Below, piece by piece: positions 26,497 through 35,327 of a stretch of 64,000 nt of DNA. The translations under genes were made by a program, and so were the position numbers. Position 1 is the stretch's first letter, and each line of letters opens with the position of its first letter. The stretch comes from an uncultured Solirubrobacterales bacterium (GTDB lineage Bacteria > Actinomycetota > Thermoleophilia > Solirubrobacterales > 70-9), in assembly GCA_963701265.1 (NCBI GenBank), contig OY969581.1:2002372-2066371 (forward strand), written 5' to 3'. Below the pieces are notes generated by a model. It did not search any database. It was given only the letters and a program-made list of their open reading frames with translations, and had not been told where the DNA came from.

Positions 26497-28533
26497 GTGA
26501 ACGGCGTATTTCGGCCCGAGCCAAATATCATTGAGCAGGTGAGCGAGCACCGACTTCCCCAGCCCGACCGCCCCTGGGTGATGCGCACCTACGCCGGGCA
26601 CTCCGACGCCAAGCGCTCCAACGAGCTCTACCGCGGCAACCTCGCCAAGGGCCAGACCGGGCTCTCGGTTGCCTTCGACCTGCCGACGCAGACGGGCTAT
26701 GACCCGGACCACGTCCTCGCCCGCGGCGAGGTCGGCAAGGTCGGCGTCTCGGTCGCCCACAAGGGCGACATGCACCAGCTCTTCGACGGCATCCCGCTCG
26801 ACGAGATGAACACCTCGATGACGATCAACGCGACCGCGGCCTGGCTGCTTGGGCTCTACATCACCGTCGCCGAGGAGAACGGGGTCGAGCGCTCGGCGCT
26901 GAAGGGCACGACCCAGAACGACATCATCAAGGAGTACCTCTCGCGCGGCACCTACGCCTTCCCGCCCGAGCCCTCGATGCGGCTGATCGCCGACATGGTC
27001 GCCTTCACCGTCAACGAGGTGCCGAGCTGGAACCCGACCAACATCTGCAGCTACCACCTGCAGGAGGCCGGGGCGACGCCGGTGCAGGAGATCGCCTACG
27101 CGCTCTCGACCGGGATCGCCGTGCTCGACGAGGTCAAGGCGCGCGGCCAGGTCGCCGACGCCGACTTTCCCAAGGTCTTCGGCCGCATCTCCTTCTTCGT
27201 CAACGCCGGCATCCGCCTGGTCGAGGAGATCGGCAAGCTGCGTGCGATGGGCCGGCTCTGGAACGAGATCGGCCGCGAGCGCTACGGCGTCACTGACGAG
27301 AAGATGCTGCGCTTCCGCTACGGCGTCCAGGTCAACAGCCTCGGTCTGACCGAGGCCCAGCCGGAGAACAACATCCAGCGCATCGTGCTCGAGGCGCTTG
27401 CGGTAACGCTGAGCCGCGACGCCCGCGCCCGCGCCCTGCAGCTGCCGGCCTGGAACGAGGCGATGGGTCTCCCCCGCCCCTGGGACCAGCAGTGGAGCCT
27501 GCGCATCCAGCAGGTCCTGGCCAACGAGACCGACCTGCTCGAGTACCCCGACATCTTCGAGGGCTCGGTGGTGATGGACGGTCTGGTCGAGGAGCTGATC
27601 GAGGGCGCCCGCGCCGAGATGGCGGTGGTCACCGAGCACGGTGGCGCCGTCGCCGCCGTCCCCTACATGAAGGCCCGCCTGGTCGAGTCGCATCGCGAGC
27701 GGGTGGCGCGGATCGAGGCCGGCGAGCAGAAGGTGATCGGCCAGAACAGCTACACCGAGAGCGAGGACTCACCGCTGACCGCGGGCGCCGACGGCGGCAT
27801 CCTCACCCCGGACCCCGAGGTCGAGCGCGAGCGGGTCGAGGCCTTGGAGGCCTGGAAGGCGGAGCGCGACGAGGACGCCGTGCAGGCCGCCCTTGCGGAG
27901 CTCGGCCGCGTTGCCGCCGACGACGGCCAGAACATCATGCCGGCGACGATCGCCGCCGCCAAGGCCGGCGCGACCACCGGCGAGTGGGCCGAAGTGCTGC
28001 GCGAGGCCTTCGGCGCCTACCGCGGCCCGACCGGCGTCAGCGGCGCCGCGCCTGCCGCCGATCGCGAGCAGCTGGAGGCGATTCGCGCCAGGGTCGACGA
28101 GGTCTCCGAGCAGATCGGCCACCGGATCAAGATCCTGGTCGGCAAGCCCGGCCTCGACGGGCACTCCAACGGCTCCGAGCAGATCGCCCTGCGCGCCCGC
28201 GACGCCGGCATGGAGGTGATCTACCAGGGCATCCGCCTCACCCCCGAGGAGATCGCCGAGTCCGCATTGCAGGAGGACGTCGACGTGATCGGCCTCTCGA
28301 TCCTCTCCGGCTCCCACCTCGAGCTCGTGCCCGAGGTCGTGCGCCGTCTGCGCGACGAGCAGGTCGATGCACCCGTGGTCGCCGGCGGCATCATCCCCCC
28401 GGCCGACGCCAAGCGCCTGCGCGAGGCCGGCGTCGACGGCGTCTACACGCCGAAGGACTTCGACATCAACAAGATCATGGGCGAGATCGTCGACCTCGTC
28501 GCCCAGCGCGCCGGCTCCCCCACCGCCGCCTGA
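26497..28533 (+). CDS. ecm: Ethylmalonyl-CoA mutase-type B12-dependent acyl-CoA mutase (MeaA-like; catalytic and B12-binding domains fused)
   Basis: 678 aa. RPWVMRTYAGHSDAKRSNELYRGNLAKGQTGLSVAFDLPTQTGYD, and a C-terminal KILVGKPGLDGHSNG B12-binding motif. Single-chain MeaA-like architecture, with ccr, mcl, MaoC and ACAD genes in the window. Confidence 0.8.
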   Translation: MNGVFRPEPNIIEQVSEHRLPQPDRPWVMRTYAGHSDAKRSNELYRGNLAKGQTGLSVAFDLPTQTGYDPDHVLARGEVGKVGVSVAHKGDMHQLFDGIPLDEMNTSMTINATAAWLLGLYITVAEENGVERSALKGTTQNDIIKEYLSRGTYAFPPEPSMRLIADMVAFTVNEVPSWNPTNICSYHLQEAGATPVQEIAYALSTGIAVLDEVKARGQVADADFPKVFGRISFFVNAGIRLVEEIGKLRAMGRLWNEIGRERYGVTDEKMLRFRYGVQVNSLGLTEAQPENNIQRIVLEALAVTLSRDARARALQLPAWNEAMGLPRPWDQQWSLRIQQVLANETDLLEYPDIFEGSVVMDGLVEELIEGARAEMAVVTEHGGAVAAVPYMKARLVESHRERVARIEAGEQKVIGQNSYTESEDSPLTAGADGGILTPDPEVERERVEALEAWKAERDEDAVQAALAELGRVAADDGQNIMPATIAAAKAGATTGEWAEVLREAFGAYRGPTGVSGAAPAADREQLEAIRARVDEVSEQIGHRIKILVGKPGLDGHSNGSEQIALRARDAGMEVIYQGIRLTPEEIAESALQEDVDVIGLSILSGSHLELVPEVVRRLRDEQVDAPVVAGGIIPPADAKRLREAGVDGVYTPKDFDINKIMGEIVDLVAQRAGSPTAA

Positions 28534-28566
28534 GCGGCGGCGACCGCGACGCGCGACAATGGGAGC

Positions 28567-29133
28567 ATGAGCGCGCTCAACGGGGACCGCTCGGCCTGGC
28601 TGCGCTGCTATCGCTGCTGGTCCCAGAACCTCGAGATCCAGATCCACTACGACGCGATCCGCCGGGTCGAGCCTGGCAGCGGCATCCTCGCCGAGGGCAT
28701 CGACGAGGTCCAGGAGGCGCTGGTGCAGTGCGTCGACTGCATGCACGACCAGCCGCACCTGACCTTCCAGGACAACCAGGTGGTGCCGATCGAGGATCGC
28801 TGGGAACGGATGGTTGCCGGCACCCCCTGGGTCGCCTCCTGCACGGTGCGCGTCGACCAGGATCGGATTGAGAGCTGCTCGGGGCCCGAAGCCGCCGAGT
28901 TCCTCACCTACGGCGCCTTCGGCGACCCCGGCGTGCGCGAGTTCTTCACCCACGTCCGCTTCCACAAGCACGACGACGACCAAGTCGTCGTCCACGCCCT
29001 GGTCGAGCTCTACGCCCGCTCAGCCGAAGAGGCCACCGACGTGCTCGAAGAGGCCGCCCAGGGCATGCTCGAGATCACCTCGCTGGCCGAGGAGTCCCGC
29101 CCCCCCGCCCACGCCAGCGACGAGGCTCACTGA
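28567..29133 (+). CDS. Hypothetical protein with a CxxC...CxxC pair
   Basis: 188 aa. CYRC at the N-terminus and CVDC about 40 aa later suggest a zinc ribbon. It has an acidic C-terminus. I recognise no family. Confidence 0.5.
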   Translation: MSALNGDRSAWLRCYRCWSQNLEIQIHYDAIRRVEPGSGILAEGIDEVQEALVQCVDCMHDQPHLTFQDNQVVPIEDRWERMVAGTPWVASCTVRVDQDRIESCSGPEAAEFLTYGAFGDPGVREFFTHVRFHKHDDDQVVVHALVELYARSAEEATDVLEEAAQGMLEITSLAEESRPPAHASDEAH

Positions 29134-29134
29134 G

Positions 29135-30082
29135 TTGAGCGGACAACTCACGCGCCGCCTGCTCAGCGGCCTGCTCACCTTCGTGCCCGGCGGCCGCGCC
29201 CTGACCGAGCGGGCGACCGGCGGCGCCGGCGACGCCGCCTACTGCTACTGGGTCTGGCTCCACCATCTGGTCCTGGCAAGGCGTCACGGCCTGGCGGGAG
29301 AACTCGACGCGGTCGCCGAGCTGGGGCCGGGCGACTCGCTCGGCACCGCCTTGGCGGCGCTGCTCAGCGGCGTCGATCGCTACTACGCCTTCGACATCAT
29401 CTCCTACGCCAACGCCGAGATGAACCTGCGCATCCTCGACGAGCTGGTCGAGCTGTACGAGGCCCGCACGGCGCCATCCAAGGGTTCGCGCAACTCGGGG
29501 ATCGTCAGCCTCGAGGATTTCCCGCGCGAAGAGGTGAGCGAGACCGAGCTGGGCCGCACGCTCGCGCCCGAGCGAATCGAGGCCCTACGCGCGGCCGTGA
29601 AGGAACCCGGCACTGCTCAGAACGGGGTTTGGCTCTCCTACGAGCCGGACTGGCTGGGAACGCGGGCGGCGCCGCACGAGCAGGCGAAGCTGCTGATCTC
29701 ACAGGCGGTACTCGAGCACGTCGACGACCTGCCGGGCGCCTACGCCGCGATGCACAACTGGCTGCCGGCGGGCGGGATGATCTCGCACGAGGTCGACTTC
29801 CGCTCACACGACTTCGCCGCCGACTGGAACGGCCACTGGACCTTCTCCGACGCGACCTGGAGCCTGATCCGGGGGCGGCGCCGCTACGCGATCAACCGCG
29901 AGCCGCTCTCCACCCACCTGCGCCTGATCGAGCAGGCCGGCTTCCGGGTCGTCTACGTCAAACGCCTGAGCAAGCTCTCGGCAATCAGCCAGGAGCAGCT
30001 GGCACCGCGCTTCCGCGAGATGCCCGAGGAGGACCTGACGACCTCGACCGCGCTGGTCCAGGCGGTCAAGGACCCGGCGTAA
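29135..30082 (+). CDS. Class I SAM-dependent methyltransferase
   Basis: The in-frame TTG at 29135 lies 1 nt after the preceding TGA, inside track ORF 28814..30082. VAELGPGDSLGTA is a motif I candidate, and LLISQAVLEHVDD is typical of Methyltransf_11/23-like enzymes. Confidence 0.6.
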   Translation: MSGQLTRRLLSGLLTFVPGGRALTERATGGAGDAAYCYWVWLHHLVLARRHGLAGELDAVAELGPGDSLGTALAALLSGVDRYYAFDIISYANAEMNLRILDELVELYEARTAPSKGSRNSGIVSLEDFPREEVSETELGRTLAPERIEALRAAVKEPGTAQNGVWLSYEPDWLGTRAAPHEQAKLLISQAVLEHVDDLPGAYAAMHNWLPAGGMISHEVDFRSHDFAADWNGHWTFSDATWSLIRGRRRYAINREPLSTHLRLIEQAGFRVVYVKRLSKLSAISQEQLAPRFREMPEEDLTTSTALVQAVKDPA

Positions 30083-30106
30083 GCCCGCCGGGTCCCGACT
30101 CGGGGC

Positions 30107-30652
30107 CTACTCGACGTCGCCCTCGGCCTTGGGGGCCTCGCCGGGGTTCTTCCGCGGCACCAGCACCAAACGCTTGAACTCGGCGACGAGGACGCCGTCC
30201 TGGTTGAGGACGCGGGTGTGGACCTTGACCACGCCGCGGTCGGGCTTCGATTTCGAGGGCTTGACCTCGAGCACCTCGGTCTCGCAGAAGAGGGTGTCGC
30301 CGTGGAAGACCGGGTTGGGGTGGCTGAGGTCTTCGGTCGCCAGGTTGGCGATCGCCTTGCCGGATACGTCGGAGACCGACATGCCGAGGGCGAGCGAGTA
30401 GACGAGCGGGCCGACGACGACATTTTGGCCCTGCTGGGAACCTGCTGCGTAGACGTCGTTGAGGTGCAGCGGGTGGTGGTTCATCGTGATCAGGCAGAAG
30501 AGGTGGTCGTCGGACTCGGTCACCGTCTTGGCCGGCCAGTGCTTGTAGATCGCGCCGACCTCGAACTCCTCGAGGTAGCGGCCGTAGGCGTGCGCGCCGG
30601 ACGCCTCGCGCTCAGCCTGGTCGGTGGTCAGCTCGTAGCTCTGCTCGCTCAT
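30107..30652 (-). CDS. MaoC-like (R)-specific enoyl-CoA hydratase; candidate mesaconyl-CoA hydratase
   Basis: 181 aa hotdog protein. TVTESDDHLFCLITMNHHPLHL matches MaoC dehydratases. The pathway role is inferred from context only. Confidence 0.7.
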   Translation of the reverse strand: MSEQSYELTTDQAEREASGAHAYGRYLEEFEVGAIYKHWPAKTVTESDDHLFCLITMNHHPLHLNDVYAAGSQQGQNVVVGPLVYSLALGMSVSDVSGKAIANLATEDLSHPNPVFHGDTLFCETEVLEVKPSKSKPDRGVVKVHTRVLNQDGVLVAEFKRLVLVPRKNPGEAPKAEGDVE

Positions 30653-30723
30653 CTTCTCCTGGATCTCCTTGGGGTTGGACGGCGCGGGATGCTATCCGCG
30701 CGCCGGACTTCGGGGTGGCGCGC

Positions 30724-31086
30724 TCAGTGGGCCTTTTTGAGCCGGGCGCGTTCCTCGTGGCGTTCGACGACCTGGGCGATCAGCTTCTTCACGTTGGAGT
30801 CGCCGGTGGCCTTGATGTGGCCGGTCTCATACGCCTTGCGATAGCTCTTTGCGGTGCCGTTCTCGGCCAGCTCGTTGAACTGGGGACGGTCGATCTGGAC
30901 CAGCACCCGCTCGTCCTGGGAGAGGTCCTTCTTGATGATCGGGCCGGGGACCTCGACCCGGTAGAGCTGGATGTCGTGTTTGGCCTTCAGTTCCAGGCCG
31001 AAGACCAGTTTCAGCTTCTGCAGCGCCGGAACCTCGGCCTGGAAGCGCTCGACGGCGAGTTTGATCAGGTCCGGCGTGGATGCCAT
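30724..31086 (-). CDS. SCP2 sterol-carrier-like domain protein
   Basis: 120 aa. KLKLVFGLEL...YRVEV...GHIKATGDSNVKKLIAQV resembles the SCP2 fold pattern (C-terminal G-D-x-x-x-x-K-L). Confidence 0.55.
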   Translation of the reverse strand: MASTPDLIKLAVERFQAEVPALQKLKLVFGLELKAKHDIQLYRVEVPGPIIKKDLSQDERVLVQIDRPQFNELAENGTAKSYRKAYETGHIKATGDSNVKKLIAQVVERHEERARLKKAH

Positions 31087-31105
31087 GTGTTTAGCGGCGC
31101 TCCAT

Positions 31106-32320
31106 CTAGATCTTGTGCCTCTGCAAGAGCTTCTTGCCGATCACCATGCGTTGGATCTCCGAGGTCCCCTCGCCGATCAGCAGCAGCGGGGCGTCGCGGT
31201 AGAGGCGCTCGATCTCGTACTCCTTCGAGTAGCCGTAGCCGCCGTGGATGCGGAAGCACTCCTCGACGCACTCCTTGCCGGTCTCCGAGGCGAGCAGCTT
31301 GGCCATGCCGGCCTCGAGGTCGGAGCGCACGCCGGCGTCCTTCATCCGCGCCGCCTTGCGGGTGACGAGGCGGGCGGCCTCGATCTTGGTCGCCATGTCG
31401 GCGAGCTTGAACTGGATCGCCTGGTGCTGGGCGATCGGCTTGCCGAAGGTCTTGCGCTCCTGTGAGTAGCGCAGAGCCAGCTCGAGGGCGCGCTGGGCGA
31501 TGCCGACGCCGCGGGCGGCGACGTTGACCCGGCCGACCTCGAGCGCATCCATCATCTGGATGAAGCCCTCGCCGACCCCCGCCTCCTCGCCGCCGAGCAC
31601 GCGCTCGGGCGGGCAGCGGTAGCCGTCGTAGACGAGCTCGGTCGACTCGACGCCCTTGTAGCCCATCTTCTTGATCTTGGGCGGCACGTTGAGGCCCTTG
31701 AAGTCACCCTCACCGATTTCCTCCCAGGGCTTCTTCTCGGTGATGAAGCAGGTCATCCCCTTGTAAGCCGGTTCCGCCTTGGGGTCGGTCTTCATCAAGA
31801 CGAAGACGACGCTGGAACCGAGGCCGTTGGTGACCCACATCTTCTGGCCGTTGAGCTCCCAGTTGCCGTCCTCGCCCTTCTTGGCCGTCGACTTGATGCC
31901 CTGCACGTCGGAGCCGACCTCGGGCTCGGAGAGCGAGAAGGCGGCGCGGATCTCGCCGGTCGCCATCTTCGGCAGGAAGTACTCCTTCTGCTCGTCGGTG
32001 CCGAACTTCATCAAGAGGTAGGAGCCGATGAAGTGGGTGTTGACGACGCCGGAGATCGAGATCCAGCCGCGCGAGAGCTCTTCGACGATCATCGCGTAGG
32101 TGGTCAGATCGAGGCCCATGCCGCCGTACTCTTCGGGAATCGTCACCCCGAAAAGGCCGAGCTCCTTCATTTCCTCGACGATCGGCTCCGGGTAGGAGTC
32201 CTCGTGGTCGTAGTGCTCGGCGTTGGGGATGATCTTCTCGTCGGCGAACTGGCGCACCATTTCGGTGATCGCCTGCTGCTCGTCGGTCTGCTCACGGAAG
32301 GCGGCGGTATCTACGGCCAT
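31106..32320 (-). CDS. Acyl-CoA dehydrogenase; candidate (2S)-methylsuccinyl-CoA dehydrogenase
   Basis: 404 aa with canonical ACAD motifs (AFSLSEPEVGSD, WVTNG, QRKTFGKPIAQHQAIQFKLADM, YEGTSEIQ-like IGEGTSEIQ). Substrate is inferred from neighbours only. Confidence 0.85.
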   Translation of the reverse strand: MAVDTAAFREQTDEQQAITEMVRQFADEKIIPNAEHYDHEDSYPEPIVEEMKELGLFGVTIPEEYGGMGLDLTTYAMIVEELSRGWISISGVVNTHFIGSYLLMKFGTDEQKEYFLPKMATGEIRAAFSLSEPEVGSDVQGIKSTAKKGEDGNWELNGQKMWVTNGLGSSVVFVLMKTDPKAEPAYKGMTCFITEKKPWEEIGEGDFKGLNVPPKIKKMGYKGVESTELVYDGYRCPPERVLGGEEAGVGEGFIQMMDALEVGRVNVAARGVGIAQRALELALRYSQERKTFGKPIAQHQAIQFKLADMATKIEAARLVTRKAARMKDAGVRSDLEAGMAKLLASETGKECVEECFRIHGGYGYSKEYEIERLYRDAPLLLIGEGTSEIQRMVIGKKLLQRHKI

Positions 32321-32435
32321 GGCTCCTAGCTCGGGTCGGGTGCGGACGGGAGCGACAGGATATCGGCGGCACGCCGCGGGACCGCGGCAGGCCCCCGACG
32401 AGTCCGACCGCGGCAGCTAGTACATACGTCCAGAC

Positions 32436-32470
32436 TTGACAGATCTCGATCTCCCCCGAGGGCGAGATCT
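32436..32470 (+). promoter_or_regulatory. TTGACA box overlapping an 8-bp perfect inverted repeat upstream of the CAP-domain gene
   Basis: TTGACA at 32436-32441. AGATCTCG (32441-32448) pairs with CGAGATCT (32463-32470), with an inner CCC/GGG pair. GAAGGAGA lies just before the ATG at 32486. Confidence 0.3.
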
Positions 32471-32485
32471 GACGAGAAGGAGACG

Positions 32486-33040
32486 ATGGCATCCAAGCTC
32501 GCCTATCCGGTCGTGATCGCGCTGGCGCTCCTCGCCCTGGCCGCGCCAGGTGCGGGCGCCTCCTTGATCGCCCCCGCGGCGGCCTGCCCAAATCAGACCG
32601 ACGCTTCCGCTCCGCTCCCGGTTCAAGAGCAGGCGATGCGCTGCATGACCGACTTCGCCCGTGCCGGAGCAGGACTGGGCGCGCTCGCCGACTCCGCCCA
32701 GCTCGATCTCTCCTCCCAGGCCAAGGGCACCGACGTACTGCGCTGCAACAGCTTCAGCCACACCGCCTGCGGCCGGGAATTCGCCTACTGGATGCGCCAG
32801 GCCGGCTACCTGTCCGAATCCTGCTGGCGCGTGGGCGAGAACCTCGCCTGGGGCACCGGCACCTACGGCACGGTGCGCTCGATCTTCCGGGCTTGGATGA
32901 GGTCGCCGGAGCACCGACAGAACATCCTCGGCGACTACGAAGCGCTGGGCCTGAACCGCCAGGTTGGTGAGCTCGAAGGGCAGGCCAACACGGTCGTATG
33001 GACCGCGCACTTCGGCTCCCACTGCGGAGCAGCCTCGTGA
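32486..33040 (+). CDS. Secreted CAP/SCP/PR-1-like domain protein
   Basis: 184 aa with a signal peptide. GENLAWG...W..SPEHRQNIL is the characteristic CAP-superfamily motif. Confidence 0.7.
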   Translation: MASKLAYPVVIALALLALAAPGAGASLIAPAAACPNQTDASAPLPVQEQAMRCMTDFARAGAGLGALADSAQLDLSSQAKGTDVLRCNSFSHTACGREFAYWMRQAGYLSESCWRVGENLAWGTGTYGTVRSIFRAWMRSPEHRQNILGDYEALGLNRQVGELEGQANTVVWTAHFGSHCGAAS

Positions 33041-33555
33041 CTCGCGCCACGGTCGTCGCGGCGATGGTGCTGGCGCTGCTATTGCCGGGCTGCGGCGGAT
33101 CGGGCTCGGAGTCCGAACAGCAATCGAGCCCGGGTGCGGCCGAGGTCGTCAGCCCGGACTCCCTGCGGCAGACCTCCTCGGAAGCAGCGACGCCGATCTA
33201 CTGGGCCGGCGAACAGGATGGGACGGAGCTGGAGCTGAGCCAGCCGGACGAGGACCGCACCTACGTGCGATACCTGACCGACGATGCCGCGGCGGGCGAC
33301 GAGCGAGCCGACTTCCTCACCGTCAGCACCTACGCACAGCCCAACGCGGTCGCCGTCCTGCGTCGCCAGAGCGAGCGGTCGGGAGGCACGATCGGCCACG
33401 CCCCGGGCAACGCCACCGTCTACTACGACCAGGCGAACCCCCGCAGCGTGTACCTCGCTTACCCCGGCTCTTCGGTCGAGGTCGAGGTCTACGACCCGAG
33501 CTTCGAGCGGGCACTGCGCCTCGTCGACTCAGGCCAAATCGTCGCGGTCGACTGA
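33037..33555 (+). CDS. Hypothetical lipoprotein
   Basis: The GTG at 33037 overlaps the preceding TGA, inside track ORF 32998..33555. Lipobox in VTRATVVAAMVLALLLPGCGG. Confidence 0.5.
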   Translation: MTRATVVAAMVLALLLPGCGGSGSESEQQSSPGAAEVVSPDSLRQTSSEAATPIYWAGEQDGTELELSQPDEDRTYVRYLTDDAAAGDERADFLTVSTYAQPNAVAVLRRQSERSGGTIGHAPGNATVYYDQANPRSVYLAYPGSSVEVEVYDPSFERALRLVDSGQIVAVD

Positions 33556-33574
33556 CTCCAAGGATCACCAAAAC

Positions 33575-33610
33575 GCCGCCGCCCACCCCGACTGTGGGGT
33601 GGGCGGCGGC
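33575..33610. terminator. Strong stem-loop between convergent genes (bidirectional terminator candidate)
   Basis: GCCGCCGCCCACCCC-GACTGT-GGGGTGGGCGGCGGC is a 15-bp perfect stem. It lies 20 nt after the lipoprotein stop and 24 nt after the collagen-like gene stop. Confidence 0.6.
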
Positions 33611-33633
33611 ACAGCAGCGATCTTCAACTTGGA

Positions 33634-35175
33634 CTACGGCTGGTAGTCGAGGCGGAAGAACGCCGAGCTGGTGTCGGGGGTGTTGTTCTCGGTCGCGAGG
33701 ACCGAGATCGCATCCCCGGCGGAGAACAACTGTGCGTTGACTTTGTCTTCGCAGCTCGTACTGCTGCTGGAAACCGTGCAGGTGATGCCGGTGCTGACGG
33801 GAACAGCGGCACCCGCCGGGTCCCTGCGCACGGTGAACGTGTAGCTGTCGGTGCTGCCGTTGGGAGCGGCGGTCAGGTAGACCCGCAGGTTGCTGACTTT
33901 CCCGCCCGTTGGCAGCACTTCCTGAATCGCCGCCTCAGGAGCCGTGCTCAGGTCGATCGAGGGGCCGAAGAAGCGGCTGCCCATGTTGTTGGCGATGGAG
34001 GAGCTGTTGCCGCCTCCGCGGATCTCACGAGCAGCGGCCGAGCCAGTCGGTCCTTTGTCGCCGGGCAGACCCTTGTCTCCAGTCAGACCCTTGTCGCCCT
34101 GGGGACCCTTGTCGCCCGTGACGCCCTTATCTCCTTGGAGACCCTTGTCCCCGGTCGGGCCCTTCTCGCCAGTGTCGCCCTGGAGACCCTTGTCCCCGGT
34201 CGGGCCCTTCTCGCCAACCGGACCCTGCGGTCCGATCGGACCTTCGGGACCAGCGGGACCGGCCTCGCCCTGCAAGCCCTTCTCACCAGGCTCGCCTTGG
34301 AGGCCCTTCTCACCAACAGGTCCCTGCTCACCAGCCGGGCCTTGCTCGCCAACGACACCCTTGTCGCCGGGCTCGCCCTGCGGGCCCTTCTCGCCGACGG
34401 GTCCCTTCTCGCCAGCGTCGCCCTGCGGGCCTTGCTCGCCGGGCAGGCCCTTGTCGCCGGCCTCACCCTGCGGACCCTTGTCGCCGGGCTCGCCTTGGAG
34501 GCCCTTGTCGCCGATGGGACCCTGCTCACCTGCGGCACCCTTGTCGCCGGGCTCGCCCTGCGGACCCTTCTCACCAACCGGACCCTTCTCTCCAGCGTCG
34601 CCCTGCGGGCCTTGCTCGCCGGGCAGACCCTTGTCGCCGGGCAGACCCTTGTCGCCGGCCTCACCCTGCGGACCCTTGTCGCCGGGCTCGCCTTGGAGGC
34701 CCTTGTCGCCAGCGGGCCCCTTGTCGCCCTGAGGACCCTTGTCCCCGGTCGGGCCCTTCAGGCCGGGATCGCCATTCGGACCCTTGTCGCCATTCGGACC
34801 CTTGTCGCCGGGCAGACCCTGGTCGCCCCGCGGGCCTTTCTCGCCCTGGGGGCCCTGGAGCCCGACCGGGCCCTGGGGGCCGGTGGCGCCCGTGGCGCCG
34901 CTTTCGGCCTGAGCGCCGAGAACGCCCTGGCTGCCGGAGGCGGTCAGGAACGTGGCACCGCGCTCGCTGCCCTTGCAGCTGGCTTTCGCCGAGATCAGGC
35001 GGACGGTGCCCTTGTGCTCGCCGCTGCGCGCGACGCAGAGGTTGAGTGCGTTTGCAGAAGTTGTCTGTGCCGCCTGCGCGGACGTGGATGCCAACGACAG
35101 GCATGCCAGCAGACAAGCCGCGAGGCAGAGGCCGACGCTGCGCAAGCGAGGCTGTGCAATTGATCGAGCGGTCAT
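33634..35175 (-). CDS. Bacterial collagen-like triple-helix-repeat protein with signal peptide and C-terminal globular domain
   Basis: 513 aa. N-terminal signal peptide ([19 protein letters not shown]). Uninterrupted G-X-Y from aa 93 to 378 by my count. 135-aa non-repetitive C-terminal domain. AAGGAG lies 8 nt upstream of the ATG. Confidence 0.9.
   Translation of the reverse strand: MTARSIAQPRLRSVGLCLAACLLACLSLASTSAQAAQTTSANALNLCVARSGEHKGTVRLISAKASCKGSERGATFLTASGSQGVLGAQAESGATGATGPQGPVGLQGPQGEKGPRGDQGLPGDKGPNGDKGPNGDPGLKGPTGDKGPQGDKGPAGDKGLQGEPGDKGPQGEAGDKGLPGDKGLPGEQGPQGDAGEKGPVGEKGPQGEPGDKGAAGEQGPIGDKGLQGEPGDKGPQGEAGDKGLPGEQGPQGDAGEKGPVGEKGPQGEPGDKGVVGEQGPAGEQGPVGEKGLQGEPGEKGLQGEAGPAGPEGPIGPQGPVGEKGPTGDKGLQGDTGEKGPTGDKGLQGDKGVTGDKGPQGDKGLTGDKGLPGDKGPTGSAAAREIRGGGNSSSIANNMGSRFFGPSIDLSTAPEAAIQEVLPTGGKVSNLRVYLTAAPNGSTDSYTFTVRRDPAGAAVPVSTGITCTVSSSSTSCEDKVNAQLFSAGDAISVLATENNTPDTSSAFFRLDYQP
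34042..34899 (-). repeat. G-X-Y (9-nt periodic) collagen repeat region, including a near-identical tandem block of about 180/198 nt at 34324-34701
   Basis: The block [22 protein letters not shown](DKGLPG)[27 protein letters not shown] occurs twice in tandem. Matching DNA lines are visible around 34441-34500 and 34621-34700. Confidence 0.9.
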
Positions 35176-35261
35176 TTCCGGTGAATCTCCTTACTGGTAG
35201 AGAGGGCCCCTGGGGGGTGCCCTCACAGAGGGCGAATCAGGGCCGCGTCACCGGAAAGAAC

Positions 35262-35299
35262 GTACGAATGTCGTACTTCTTCGCCTGGACATTTGTCCA
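35262..35299. promoter_or_regulatory. Two perfect short palindromes upstream of the collagen-like gene
   Basis: GTACGA-ATG-TCGTAC (35262-35276) and TGGACA-TT-TGTCCA (35286-35299) lie 87-124 nt upstream of the 35175 start. Confidence 0.3.
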
Positions 35300-35327
35300 A
35301 CTTTGTGAAAGTGGCTTAAGTCGAGGC

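Noticed and set aside
33944-35163. Plus-strand ORFs 33944..34732 (PLSP-rich) and 34135..35163 (LV/LA-rich), and the possibility that the 9-nt periodic DNA is a non-coding tandem repeat or CRISPR-like array
   Set aside because: They are mirror translations of the G-X-Y repeat. The minus-strand frame has a signal peptide, an SD, unbroken Gly every third residue and a globular tail. There are no repeat/spacer units of CRISPR size and no cas genes.
35206-35228. Possible second copy of the fbiC palindromic element (shared GGGGGTGCCC(C)TC core)
   Set aside because: The similarity is limited to about 13 nt of very GC-rich sequence, and the overall hairpins differ. That is insufficient to claim a repeat family without a genome-wide search.
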